Shown: positions 46,315-56,821 of the stretch, in pieces
How the letters are laid out: every line of letters begins with the position of its first letter
How positions within the stretch are numbered: the stretch's first letter is position 1
Source of the DNA: an uncultured Microbacter sp.
GTDB lineage: Bacteria; Bacteroidota; Bacteroidia; Bacteroidales; Paludibacteraceae
Direction of reading: 5' to 3'
DNA length: 64,000 nt
Assembly (NCBI GenBank): GCA_963678265.1
Contig: OY782761.1
Span: 2,490,714 to 2,554,713 of the forward strand
The notes under the pieces: generated by a model
Database searches by the model: none
What the model was told of the DNA's origin: nothing
Seen by the model: the letters and a program-made list of their open reading frames with translations, nothing else
Program-made: the position numbers and the translations under genes

Positions 46315-48741
46315 ATGTACAAACACATTACTCTCCTTTGTCTGTTTCTCGGAGCAACCCTCTTACATGCGCAAAACACCCCCCAGATTTACCAGATTGC
46401 AGGACAGGCAGTGGATGCCTCAAAAGGTAATGGCATCCCTTACGTCACCATAACATTACGAAACGACAGTTCCAAAGTCGTAAAGAGAGTGATTAGCGAC
46501 CCCAATGGTAAATTCATATACAATGCAAAGGAGAAAGGAAAATATACGTTGACGCTTTCTTCAATCGGATTTCAGGAGAAACAGGTGAACATTTCGGTTG
46601 TCGACGCAAAGAGAGACCTCGGTAAAATTAGCCTGACAGAAGGTCTTGTAATAAAGGAAGTTTCGGTTGTCGCGCAAAAGCCTCTTATAAAGTCCGATAT
46701 AGATAAACTGACTTACAGTGTTGATGCCGATCCCGATGCCAATACGTTTAATGCGTTGGAGATACTCCGGAAGGTACCCATGGTTACCGTTGATGCGGAG
46801 GACAATGTAAAGTTGAACGGACAAACCAATTATAAAGTATTGATGAACGGTAAAAGTTCGAGTCTGATGTCGAATAGCTTTAAAGATGTAATGCGAGGTT
46901 TGCCGGCAAATTCAATCAAAGACATCGAGATAATTACCAATCCATCATCGAAATATGATGCGGAAGGCATCGGTGGCATTATCAATATCGTCACCATCAA
47001 AAAGAAAACGACCGGATATAACGGAAGTGTAAACGGCGGTTTTGATACCCGGGGCGGTTGGAACGGAGGTCTCTATCTGTCCAAAAAAGTTAATAAGCTT
47101 GGTGCTTCGATCCGGTATTCGGCCAATCGCACTGTACAACCTCAGATGACCTATAGCTCGGACAGAATCAATTACCTCAGTGATATTAATCGTACATCCA
47201 ATACCGTAGGAACGACGAATGGAAATGGCCCTACCAATAACCTCTCGGCAGATGTAAGTTACGATATCGACTCGAAAAATTTAGTAAGTGCATCGGTTTG
47301 GATGAACAACGGCGATAGACACTTTAGTTCTATATCGTCTACCCACATCAGTGACATAAATAACCTACCTACACAGTATTTCGACAATAATAACTTCCGG
47401 AAAGGTCACTTCAGTACCGTTTCGGGGAATATCGATTATCAGCGTTCGTTCAAGAAACCGGATAAATCATTTACCATATCCTATAAAATTGACAATACCC
47501 CGAATAATTTAACCTATGAATCGACTATTGACAATACGTTCAACTATATGCCTTATCAGCAGCGTTCTACTGTAGATGCTACCATGCGGGAACAGACATT
47601 GCAAATCGATTATTACGATCCTTTGTCGCCAAAACAACAGATAGAGTGCGGATTGAAAGGTATCTATCGTCAAAACAGTACCAATTCAGATACCTATTTG
47701 TTAAACCCTACCGCCAATTTCTGGGACTACAGCTCCTCTAAAAGCAATGATCTTGATTACGATCAGGATATTTTAGCGGCTTATGCAGGGTACACCTATA
47801 AAATCAAAGCGTTTACATTGAAAGGCGGACTACGTGCCGAGTTTACCTGGAATAATGCGACCACTACATCGGAGCGCGTTGTCAAATTCTCCAATCAATT
47901 TCAAAACATCGTACCGTATATTACGCTCAACTATCAATCCAAGTCGGGTAAAAACATTAAGATATCTTATACACAACGACTCTCCCGTCCCGGTATAAGT
48001 TACCTGAATCCGTATGTAAATAACTCCGATCCGCAAAACATCATTTGGGGAAATCCTAAGTTGAAATCGGAGGTTGCTCACACTGTTGAATTGGTCTACA
48101 GTGCTTTTACAAGGAAAATTAATATCAACTTATCGGGTAGGGGGGCTTTTACCAATAATGCCATTGAAAGTGTCTCCACAATCAATGCGGATGGAGTAAA
48201 ATCGACAACCTACAACAACATCGGAACCGATATGAGTTTTCTTGCCAATTTGTATTGCTCCTACCGCGTCAGTAATAAGGTTACTCTCTCCGGCAATGCG
48301 ATTGGCTACTATGCCAAAATGAAAGCCAATAATGGACATGACATCGCCAATAGCGGTTTTGCTTACGGTGGAAATGCCGGAGCTCGTTTTATTTTATGGA
48401 AAAACGGTTCGGTTAGTCTCAATGGAAATGCCAGCTCGCCCGAAGTTATGCTGCAAGGAAAGACCTCGTTTTATTATTCTACCAGTTTGGGAATTACGCA
48501 GTCGTTGATAAATAATAAGTTGAATATAAGCATGTCGATTTCAGATCCTCTTATCCAAAGTTTTTCAACAAAAATGACGTATAACGATTTGAATTACTAT
48601 CAAAAGAACAAGAGTACATACCATGCACAGGCTTTACGACTCAATGTAGCATACAATTTTGGTAAAACGGGACAAAGCGTGAAAAAGGCTAAGCGAGGTA
48701 TTCAGAACGATGATTTGAAAACCGGTGCAGATACCAATTGA
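46315..48741 (+). CDS. outer-membrane beta-barrel protein (TonB-dependent-receptor-like) with an N-terminal carboxypeptidase-regulatory-like domain
   Basis: Signal peptide, a CarbopepD_reg-like start (IAGQAVDASKGNGIPYVTITL), a plug-like segment, then long alternating beta-strand sequence ending in an aromatic-rich C-terminus. Confidence 0.7.
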   Translation: MYKHITLLCLFLGATLLHAQNTPQIYQIAGQAVDASKGNGIPYVTITLRNDSSKVVKRVISDPNGKFIYNAKEKGKYTLTLSSIGFQEKQVNISVVDAKRDLGKISLTEGLVIKEVSVVAQKPLIKSDIDKLTYSVDADPDANTFNALEILRKVPMVTVDAEDNVKLNGQTNYKVLMNGKSSSLMSNSFKDVMRGLPANSIKDIEIITNPSSKYDAEGIGGIINIVTIKKKTTGYNGSVNGGFDTRGGWNGGLYLSKKVNKLGASIRYSANRTVQPQMTYSSDRINYLSDINRTSNTVGTTNGNGPTNNLSADVSYDIDSKNLVSASVWMNNGDRHFSSISSTHISDINNLPTQYFDNNNFRKGHFSTVSGNIDYQRSFKKPDKSFTISYKIDNTPNNLTYESTIDNTFNYMPYQQRSTVDATMREQTLQIDYYDPLSPKQQIECGLKGIYRQNSTNSDTYLLNPTANFWDYSSSKSNDLDYDQDILAAYAGYTYKIKAFTLKGGLRAEFTWNNATTTSERVVKFSNQFQNIVPYITLNYQSKSGKNIKISYTQRLSRPGISYLNPYVNNSDPQNIIWGNPKLKSEVAHTVELVYSAFTRKININLSGRGAFTNNAIESVSTINADGVKSTTYNNIGTDMSFLANLYCSYRVSNKVTLSGNAIGYYAKMKANNGHDIANSGFAYGGNAGARFILWKNGSVSLNGNASSPEVMLQGKTSFYYSTSLGITQSLINNKLNISMSISDPLIQSFSTKMTYNDLNYYQKNKSTYHAQALRLNVAYNFGKTGQSVKKAKRGIQNDDLKTGADTN

Positions 48742-48784
48742 TAGGTTGTGTGGAACACAGACAACAATAAAAAGTTAACCGAAT

Positions 48785-51175
48785 ATGATATTACCATTGA
48801 AAATTCATTCAAAAAAAAAGCGGTACGGTAACTGTTTCGTACTGATCGTACTTCTCCTGACAGGCGTTTCAAGCCTCTTTTCTCAGACTTCCAATCCGAT
48901 TTCTGAAAAACTGGCGGAACAGGTGAATCTACTTACCAAAAACAATGCGCCGGAGTTGATTTACATCCAGCCCAGTAAAGGCGTTTATGAAACATGCGAA
49001 GATTTATGGTTCAAAGCATACCTGCTCGACGCACAATATTTTACCCCTTCGCTTTTGAGTAAGACCTTGTATCTGCAACTGCAGAATGAAGCTACGCGGA
49101 AGCCTGTATGGCAGGGAAAGTATGAGATACAGAACGGTTTTGCCGATGGTCATGTTTACCTTCAGGACTCTCTATCCGATGGTAATTATTTGCTGATGGC
49201 ATCTACGCAACACTCTTTTTTTGCTAATAATGAAGAGTTGAAAGCCGTGCGCAGAATAAAAATCTATAAGAATATAAAGACTTTATCTGCAGCGGTTCCA
49301 GCGGCAACACAACTGTCGAACGGGAAAAGATCCATCCAATTCAACACCTTTCCCGAAGGTGGAAATCTGGTTGCGGGAATCCGTAGTAAACTTGCTTTCA
49401 AAGCTGTGGGCACAAATGGCTTGCCGGTAGAAGTAGAAGGCGTTTTATTAGAAGATTCTATTCCCATAGTAGCATTCAAAAGTAGCCACGCCGGTATGGG
49501 AAGCCTTTTCTTTACCCCGCTTGAAGGAAAACAATACCATATCCGCCTTTCCAAATCAGGTGCAGATACCGTTTTTTCGCTGCCTCAGGTTATGCCTCAG
49601 GGAATAACCCTACAACTGGTCAAGCGAGACAACGAGTCTCTTCAATTCAGGGTTTCGCAAAGTCCGGCTTTACCTCAACAAACAATATATCTTCGGGCGC
49701 AGGTAAGGGGAATTGTTTGTTGCATGGCAACAGGGGTTCTGAATAGGGAGTTGACTATTAAGATTCCCTTGAAAGAGTTTCCTTATCAGGGTATTGCCGA
49801 ATTCACGCTTTTTGATGACAAGCTTCGTCCGGCTGCCGAACGATTGGTATATGTGAATCCGGAAAAGAAACTCACCGTTGAAGCGCATTTGGATAAAGAC
49901 CGATACCAGACGAGAGAGAAGGTGGTCCTGAAAATAAAGGTGACTGATGAAAACGGTCAACCGGTGGTAGCTAACCTTGGTGTAAATGTGTATGACAAAC
50001 TCTACCGAAATGCTGATGACCCGGAAAATATTCTCACTCATTGTTACCTCGGTTCCCAGTTAAGAGGAAAAATATATGATCCGGCCTTTTATTTCGATAC
50101 TAAAAACAAAAACAGGGAAGATGCTCTCGATTTGCTACTACTCACTCAAGGATGGAGACGGTATGTATGGGACGAAGAGATTTTGCAGGCAAACAATAAC
50201 AAAAACCAGTATGTTGTCTTTGACACTATCTACGGAGAGGTTCATGCTATAAAACACACAAAGCAGACAAAGGGAATACCGCAAATTGTGATGGTTTCAA
50301 ATCAGGGAAAAAACAAACAGAGTGATTTGATTGTATCCGATTCCATAGGTCGATTTACAGTTACTCCGGCACAATTAAAAATGTTTTCCGGAGAATATGT
50401 TTACCTCAAGCCTTTGGCTCCGGAAAAGTTCAAACCCCGCCTGAAGATTGCCGAGCCTTTTGATTTAATCAATGAAATTTCAAAGACGAAAGAGATAGAC
50501 TATCCATTACCAGCTCTTCTTATTAAGAAATCAGACAACACAGTCGAGCCCCTTGTTGAAGGCCATAATTCTATAAAACTTGCAGAAGTCACTGTCAAAG
50601 GACGCGGCATTGCTACTTTCAGAGATAAATATATCGGACAGTTAGATAGTTTGGCTAAAATTGAAGCTGCAGGAGGGGATTATGTTGGCATTCCTTGTGG
50701 TACATTGAATTGTCCTTTCCACAAAAGTGATCGCTCCAAGAAACCAATTGATGGTAAGGTTTACAATGTCTGCTTAGGCCAGCACGGAGAAGCGCTAGGT
50801 CCTGATTGGCCTTATGATTATTATTTTGGAGATGAAAAAAGAATATATCATAATTACAATCAGTACTTTACAGAACAAGAACTTTTGAAGAGATATAATC
50901 TTTCACGTATAAAATCCTATGAAAGACATCGTGAATTTTATGAACCTAAATATGATAATACGGATTCACTCAACGATCCATTACCCGATTATCGTAATAC
51001 GCTCCTTTGGAAACCAATGGTGATAACAGACGAAAAAGGAGAAGCCGTTCTGGAATTTTATTGCTCCGATATTAATACCCACTTTGTAGGTAACATAGAA
51101 GGATTAACCGGAGAGGGTATGTTGGGCACAACCGGTTTTGAGTTTAGTGTGTATAATCCCAAATTGTCGAAATAG
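48785..51175 (+). CDS. large secreted protein with alpha-2-macroglobulin-type MG domains (no thioester motif)
   Basis: MG-like strands (YIQPSKGVYETCEDLWFKAYLL; DYRNTLLWKPMVITDEKGEAVLEFYCSD). No CxEQ motif. It is a paralogue of the next gene. Confidence 0.5.
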   Translation: MILPLKIHSKKKRYGNCFVLIVLLLTGVSSLFSQTSNPISEKLAEQVNLLTKNNAPELIYIQPSKGVYETCEDLWFKAYLLDAQYFTPSLLSKTLYLQLQNEATRKPVWQGKYEIQNGFADGHVYLQDSLSDGNYLLMASTQHSFFANNEELKAVRRIKIYKNIKTLSAAVPAATQLSNGKRSIQFNTFPEGGNLVAGIRSKLAFKAVGTNGLPVEVEGVLLEDSIPIVAFKSSHAGMGSLFFTPLEGKQYHIRLSKSGADTVFSLPQVMPQGITLQLVKRDNESLQFRVSQSPALPQQTIYLRAQVRGIVCCMATGVLNRELTIKIPLKEFPYQGIAEFTLFDDKLRPAAERLVYVNPEKKLTVEAHLDKDRYQTREKVVLKIKVTDENGQPVVANLGVNVYDKLYRNADDPENILTHCYLGSQLRGKIYDPAFYFDTKNKNREDALDLLLLTQGWRRYVWDEEILQANNNKNQYVVFDTIYGEVHAIKHTKQTKGIPQIVMVSNQGKNKQSDLIVSDSIGRFTVTPAQLKMFSGEYVYLKPLAPEKFKPRLKIAEPFDLINEISKTKEIDYPLPALLIKKSDNTVEPLVEGHNSIKLAEVTVKGRGIATFRDKYIGQLDSLAKIEAAGGDYVGIPCGTLNCPFHKSDRSKKPIDGKVYNVCLGQHGEALGPDWPYDYYFGDEKRIYHNYNQYFTEQELLKRYNLSRIKSYERHREFYEPKYDNTDSLNDPLPDYRNTLLWKPMVITDEKGEAVLEFYCSDINTHFVGNIEGLTGEGMLGTTGFEFSVYNPKLSK

Positions 51176-51228
51176 AATGATATTTACTAACGGAAGATTA
51201 TTCGCAAGATAGAAATCAGTATTCAAGT

Positions 51229-53835
51229 ATGAACACAACTAAAAAAGTAACCTTTCTCCTGTTCCTTGGCCTAAGCCTGATGGCACAAGCCTCCGCCCAA
51301 AGCAACGATACCGTTATCAGCAAACTGACAGGGTATGTCAGCATTGTGAATCATTTCTCCAAAAACCTGCCGCAGGAGAAAGTCTATCTTCATTTTGATA
51401 ATTCTACCTACTATCAGGGAGACGATATGTGGTTTAGCTGCTATTTGGTTGCAGCGGGTTTTCATCGCACCGCAGCCCTGAGCCAAACGCTCTACGTGGA
51501 GTTGCTCAATCCCGGTGGTGAAGTCATTGACAAGCAAACGCTGAAGGTAGAGAACGGCCGGTGTTATGGTAACTTTAAGCTGAGTAAGATTCCGTTTTAT
51601 TCCGGCTTTTATGAAGTGCGTGCCTATACCAAGTATATGCTCAATTTTGGCGACGACGTGATCTTTTCGCGAACTTTCCCCGTTTACGATAAACCCACCA
51701 AACCGGGCGCTTACGAAGAGAAAAGTCTGCTGAAGTATGGATGGGGTAAATACCCAATATTCCGCAAAACACCACTGAAAGAGAAAGCCGTAACCCTGAA
51801 GTTCTATCCCGAAGGGGGTAATCTGGTTGCCGGAGTACCTTCGCAAGTTGCTTTCGAGGCTACGGATGCCTATGGCAATCCCATTGAAGTATCGGGGGAA
51901 GTGGTCGGTGAAAACAGAGAACCCATCGTTCAATTTAAATCTGTGCATGATGGGAAAGGCGTTTTTACGTATACTCCAAGCGATAAAATTCAACCCAACA
52001 ATAAAGCTCCAAAAGTGGTGGTAAATTACAAAGAAAAACAATACGGCTTCAATTTGCCTGTCGTGCATTCACAAGGAGTTGTACTCAAAGTAGATAACCT
52101 TTCTTCCCCCGACAGTATTGGGGTTAGCGTGCTTTCAAACAGGGATACGCCACGCGGGATATTCGGATTGGCGCTACTAAGCGGAAGTTACCTGCATAAA
52201 TACATCATGATCGATACCTCGGAAGGAAAGCCCATTACCTTCCGAATTGATAAAACCGATTTACCGGCAGGAGTATCAAGGCTTATCCTGTTCGATTCGC
52301 AAGGAGACATTCTGGGAGACCGACTCTTGTTTATTCACCAAACGGATAAGCTAAACATTAAGGAAAGCACGGATAAAAAATTGTACAATCCCCTCGAAGC
52401 GGTGAATCTGCAGTTTGCCGTCACCGATCAGGATACGATTCCGGTGGAGACCACATTCTCGGTATCGGTCAGAGACAAACAAAACGATGTAAAACCCGGT
52501 CAGGACATACAATCCAATCTATTGCTTATGTCGGAGATAAAAGGGTATGTGCATAATCCCGACTATTACTTTGAATCGGACGACTCGATTCACCGACGTG
52601 CACTCGACCAGTTATTGATGGTGCAGGGCTGGCATCGCTTCAACTGGGACTGGGTGAGCGGCAAGAAAAATTTTGTACTGAAACACCAACCGGAAAAAGG
52701 CATTGAGATAAATGGGCAAGTGGTCTCGTTTGTGCGATCGATACCCAAAGCTAATGTGAATGTGTCGACCCTTATTTCCCAGAAGGATGATAGTACCCAG
52801 TTGCATAATAGTTTTGTAGAGTGCTTTGTTACCGATAGTGTGGGCCGGTTTAGTTTTACTGCCGATGTACAGGGAAAATGGGACATGGTTTTTGCTGTTA
52901 GGCAAAAGCGGAAAAAGAAAGATTACCGTACAGTGCTGGACAAACTCTTCAGTCCCGAGCCCAGGCAATACCGTTATACTGATTTATTCTCTCATATCAC
53001 TGCCCCCGAAGAAGAGAAACCGGCTGTAACAGAACCATTAACTCTTGCGACCAAAGACTCCACGCCCATCGCCATCCCGAAGATCAAAACCAAGTCGACT
53101 ACCCGTGAAAGAATAGAAGACAAAATGCATTACCTGAAAGAGGTGGAGGTGAAAGCAAAAAAACGCAGCAAGGAAAAAGATATTTATGAGAACCGTGCGA
53201 AGTCACTGGCTTACTATGATGTATATGCAGAACAAGATAAAGTGTTGGATGAGGGAGGTGTAACTAAAGATTTTCTGGGTGATTTTTTAGTAAAGAAAAA
53301 CAGAGATTTTAGTTGGCTGTATGATGGTCCAGACAAAATACTAATGTATAAAACTACACTGCCTTTTCTGGTAGTTGATTACAAAATGACTACGGCAATG
53401 GAAAGTTTTAATACTCCGACTTACCTTAGAACGGAATGTATCAAATCCATGTATATCAGCGAGGATGCACGTTCAAGATTAGAATATTTAATTATACCTC
53501 CAAATAAAGATCCAGAGGAAGCTTTAAAAACCTTTGGTTGTGTCGTTTTTATTGAAACTTTTCCCGACTGGAATAACCCTACCCAACCCGGCAGAGGTGT
53601 CCGCAAAACCTGGTTGGATGGTTACAGTCAGGTAAAAGAGTTTTACAGTCCGAATTACAGCATCCTGCCACCCGAGTCAGATTACCGCCGTACGCTGTAC
53701 TGGAATCCGTCGGTAAAAACAGATAAAAACGGTAAAGCCAGTATACAGTTTTATAACAATAGCAGTTGCAAGAGTTTTAGTATCAGCGCCGAAACCATTA
53801 CGCCACAGGGAGTAATCGGAGTGTTGAAGAAATAA
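51229..53835 (+). CDS. large secreted protein with alpha-2-macroglobulin-type MG domains (paralogue, no thioester motif)
   Basis: EKVYLHFDNSTYYQGDDMWFSCYL, FYPEGGNLVAG, LLMVQGWHRFNWDW and DYRRTLYWNPSVKTDKNGKASIQFYNN. It is collinear with 48785..51175. Confidence 0.5.
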   Translation: MNTTKKVTFLLFLGLSLMAQASAQSNDTVISKLTGYVSIVNHFSKNLPQEKVYLHFDNSTYYQGDDMWFSCYLVAAGFHRTAALSQTLYVELLNPGGEVIDKQTLKVENGRCYGNFKLSKIPFYSGFYEVRAYTKYMLNFGDDVIFSRTFPVYDKPTKPGAYEEKSLLKYGWGKYPIFRKTPLKEKAVTLKFYPEGGNLVAGVPSQVAFEATDAYGNPIEVSGEVVGENREPIVQFKSVHDGKGVFTYTPSDKIQPNNKAPKVVVNYKEKQYGFNLPVVHSQGVVLKVDNLSSPDSIGVSVLSNRDTPRGIFGLALLSGSYLHKYIMIDTSEGKPITFRIDKTDLPAGVSRLILFDSQGDILGDRLLFIHQTDKLNIKESTDKKLYNPLEAVNLQFAVTDQDTIPVETTFSVSVRDKQNDVKPGQDIQSNLLLMSEIKGYVHNPDYYFESDDSIHRRALDQLLMVQGWHRFNWDWVSGKKNFVLKHQPEKGIEINGQVVSFVRSIPKANVNVSTLISQKDDSTQLHNSFVECFVTDSVGRFSFTADVQGKWDMVFAVRQKRKKKDYRTVLDKLFSPEPRQYRYTDLFSHITAPEEEKPAVTEPLTLATKDSTPIAIPKIKTKSTTRERIEDKMHYLKEVEVKAKKRSKEKDIYENRAKSLAYYDVYAEQDKVLDEGGVTKDFLGDFLVKKNRDFSWLYDGPDKILMYKTTLPFLVVDYKMTTAMESFNTPTYLRTECIKSMYISEDARSRLEYLIIPPNKDPEEALKTFGCVVFIETFPDWNNPTQPGRGVRKTWLDGYSQVKEFYSPNYSILPPESDYRRTLYWNPSVKTDKNGKASIQFYNNSSCKSFSISAETITPQGVIGVLKK

Positions 53836-53849
53836 CGGGGATTGCGAGA

Positions 53850-54262
53850 TCTTCATTTTTTAATGATGAAAAAGGCTTTTTTGAGATAGCTTTCGTTGTG
53901 ATAATTAAGTCATTCATGGCTAAAAATCAACATCTTGTCGGTTGGTATAGCTCCGCCCTGAGGACGAAGTTATAATCCCATCAGGTGGATGTGGAGATCG
54001 AAATCAACCATTAAGACATTAAGAGACATTCAGTCTTTATGTTCTTCATTTCTTAATGGTAAAAGAAAGGCTCTTTTTGAGGTAGCTTTCGTTGTGACAA
54101 TAAAGCCATTCAGGGCTAAGGCCCAATATTTTGTCGGTTGGTATTAGCTCCGCCCTGAGGACGAAGTTGTAATCTCATCATGGGGATATGAAGATGAAGA
54201 TAAACCATTAAGGCATTAAGGGGCATTGAGCCTTCATTTTCTTCATTTCTTAATGGTAAAAG
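53850..54262. repeat. two tandem composite H-S-H repeat units, copies 3 and 4
   Basis: H modules lie at 53850-53873 (partial), 54006-54065 and 54203-54262. S modules lie at about 53942-54005 and 54135-54202. Confidence 0.85.
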
Positions 54263-54282
54263 GCTTTTTACGATACCAATTC

Positions 54283-54864
54283 TCACACCTCCACATTCTG
54301 CACAAACGCTTCCAACTCGGGAAAGAAGGCGGCAAAACGCTCTTCCAGTTCGGTGTGGTTTTGTCGGAGAAAAGCGATGGTCTCTTCGGGGCGTAAAGCA
54401 GGTACTTTATAGTTGGACATAATGGTAAAAGCCTCCTGTAGCCCGTCGTACGAAGCGTACCGCATCAGACGGTTGGTGGAGATAAAATGCCAGAGAAAAC
54501 CTTTCACCCGCGAGGGCAGGAGAGGGTAGTAGCGGAGCGTGGCGTAATAAAAATTGGCCGAAACGCAGCGCAACGATTGTCCTTTTGCATAATGACGAAA
54601 GCCGGATGCCAGCAGATGGTCGAAAAAAACATCGGTGATGATACCCGAGTAACGTCCGAATTCGGGACGAAGCATCGCTATGGCATCGAGCACCAACGGA
54701 TGGCTGTCCGTAAAGCTATCGATTTGTCGATGAAGCAGAATTCCTTCGCGTATCTTTGCCGGATACTCCTCGTAACGGCTCCCTTTTACGAAATCACCGA
54801 TAAAATTGCCCACCTGACGCTGGCGGTCGTTGCCCGAAAGATAGATATGCGCGAGATAGTTCAT
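54283..54864 (-). CDS. acpH: acyl carrier protein phosphodiesterase
   Basis: N-terminus MNYLAHIYLSG...GNFIGDFVKG, typical of AcpH. 193 aa. Confidence 0.8.
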   Translation of the reverse strand: MNYLAHIYLSGNDRQRQVGNFIGDFVKGSRYEEYPAKIREGILLHRQIDSFTDSHPLVLDAIAMLRPEFGRYSGIITDVFFDHLLASGFRHYAKGQSLRCVSANFYYATLRYYPLLPSRVKGFLWHFISTNRLMRYASYDGLQEAFTIMSNYKVPALRPEETIAFLRQNHTELEERFAAFFPELEAFVQNVEV

Positions 54865-55044
54865 TCCGAATGAGTGGTAAGGAGTAAGGGATCAGTGGTA
54901 AGTAATCCGAAATCTCCGATAGACCGGCGCAAAGGTACGGAAAATAGAGGAAGGTATGTGCAGTTCGGCAAAGCCTTGATTACAAGCGATTAACAGTGCA
55001 ATGTAGTTGCGGTAAAATCGTCTGCTTACGTGTAATTGCAGAAG

Positions 55045-55452
55045 CTACCGGCTTGAAAGCAGGACAACATTGATCCAGGGAATAAGAAACAATGTCAGTC
55101 CTACCATAAAAAAGAGAATCTGCCATTTGGCCAGAGTCGTTTTGAAACCGACATAGAGCGGCTGTAGCAGAAATATGCGAATAATCCAAAAGAGGACGAT
55201 CAGCGTTAAAATGCATTTGCCTAACTGTGTGCTGAGTAGTTCCCGAGAAAAGAAGAGAGCGATAGCAGCAAAAATCAGCCACAGGATAAACTGGCAGTAG
55301 TTCATCAGTTTCAAGGTATTCGAAATAGCGGTAGCATCCTCTTTTTCCAATCGGGCAAGTTTATCCTGCCAATGATATATGTGCGGAAAAACCAGGCGGA
55401 AAATTGCGCAGATAAAAAGAAAGATACCTCCTGCTTTGATAAATGTATCCAT
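55045..55452 (-). CDS. hypothetical 4-TM membrane protein
   Basis: 135 aa with four hydrophobic helices. No recognisable motif. Confidence 0.4.
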   Translation of the reverse strand: MDTFIKAGGIFLFICAIFRLVFPHIYHWQDKLARLEKEDATAISNTLKLMNYCQFILWLIFAAIALFFSRELLSTQLGKCILTLIVLFWIIRIFLLQPLYVGFKTTLAKWQILFFMVGLTLFLIPWINVVLLSSR

Positions 55453-55602
55453 TTTAATAATGATTTTGTCTTTGTTGCATAGCGCGTCGTAACTCTACAC
55501 CGCTCCTTTTCTCCGAAACAGGCTCTTTTATAAGCCAATTGTTCCAAAGAAACGAGAAATGGAATAGGTATAACAGCTTCTTTACAAAAGGCCTGTCGGC
55601 AT

Positions 55603-56238
55603 CTATTTTCGGTCGGTCAAAGCTATTTTTATTCCGAGTGCAACGAGAGTTATTCCACACAACTTGTTTATAAACGACGATACTTTTCGGTTGCTTTTCA
55701 GTTTGGCAAAAATACCGGAAGCAAATAGCGCCAGTATCATGCACCAGATTGTTCCTGTTGTAATGAATGTTGCTCCCAGTAGCAAAAACGGGACAACGGT
55801 ATGGCGATACGTTGGGTCGATAAACTGAGGCAGAAACGCGATAAAGAATAGCGCCACCTTGGGATTGAGGATGTTCGTCAGAAAGCCGTCCCGATATATT
55901 TTCAGGTAGTCAGCCGATCGGGTTTCGATGTTTCCATCGACATTAAGCGGCGTTTTGTTCGTTAGCATCTGATAGCCCAGATACAAAAGATAGGCTGCTC
56001 CCAGATATTTGATGATATTGAAAAGTAAAATCGATTTCGCAATAATAACGGAGAGGCCGAATGCTGCCAGCATGGTGTGACCGAAGCCTCCGGTGGTGAT
56101 GCCGAGAGCCGATACGATACCGGCCTTTTTCCCTTGTCCGATACTTTTAACCAAGATAAAGATGGTGTCGTTTCCGGGCGTTAAATTCAGTAATATGCCC
56201 GCCAGTAAGAATGTTTCGAAGTGGACGATTCCTGTCAT
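55603..56238 (-). CDS. LysE/RhtB-family amino-acid exporter
   Basis: 211 aa with 6 TM helices. N-terminal LLNLTPGNDTIFIL and central NPKVALFF motifs. Confidence 0.8.
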   Translation of the reverse strand: MTGIVHFETFLLAGILLNLTPGNDTIFILVKSIGQGKKAGIVSALGITTGGFGHTMLAAFGLSVIIAKSILLFNIIKYLGAAYLLYLGYQMLTNKTPLNVDGNIETRSADYLKIYRDGFLTNILNPKVALFFIAFLPQFIDPTYRHTVVPFLLLGATFITTGTIWCMILALFASGIFAKLKSNRKVSSFINKLCGITLVALGIKIALTDRK

Positions 56239-56332
56239 GAGACTGAGTTTATGTATAGATAAATAGGTGATTGTCGATTATGTCCGGAAAATTGTATTGT
56301 GCGGTATTATTTATCTCATGCAATCGGGATAT

Positions 56333-56821
56333 TTATGTAGGCACATTCGCACTGCAAATTATTTTTTGCCAATACTCTTTCATTAATTCGTGGCTCCATT
56401 CCGGCTGTCTGACATCCCCTTGGGGAAGGTACTCGGTAAAAACCGGTTTGATGTCGATAATGGGAGTGCCATCGATTGCGTCGAGATTTGTAACCACCAA
56501 TTGGTGTCCTTGCCTACTCACGATATTCACAATCGTTGCTCCGATATGGTTCGGACGATCCTTCTTTCGTTGCGCAAAAATACCGACTTTCGGATAGGCA
56601 CTGTTTTCCCGTGGATGTTCGCTGCCGGTAAGAGTCTTTGTTGACTTGTTGAAATAATAAAGAATTTCTACATGCGAAAATTGCTCGATTCCATCCAGAC
56701 ATTCGTCAGGCAAATCGTCTATCAATTCGATGGTCGATTCAACCGACGACCAATTGTCGTCAATGGGATTTACGCGATTATTCTTTACATAACCGATCGG
56801 CTTAACGATAATGTCAGTCAT
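56333..56821 (-). CDS. TsaA/YaeB (TrmO)-family SAM-dependent methyltransferase
   Basis: PIGYV...FSHVEILYYF...RPNHIGATIVNIV...LDAIDGTPIIDIKP. Confidence 0.8.
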   Translation of the reverse strand: MTDIIVKPIGYVKNNRVNPIDDNWSSVESTIELIDDLPDECLDGIEQFSHVEILYYFNKSTKTLTGSEHPRENSAYPKVGIFAQRKKDRPNHIGATIVNIVSRQGHQLVVTNLDAIDGTPIIDIKPVFTEYLPQGDVRQPEWSHELMKEYWQKIICSANVPT

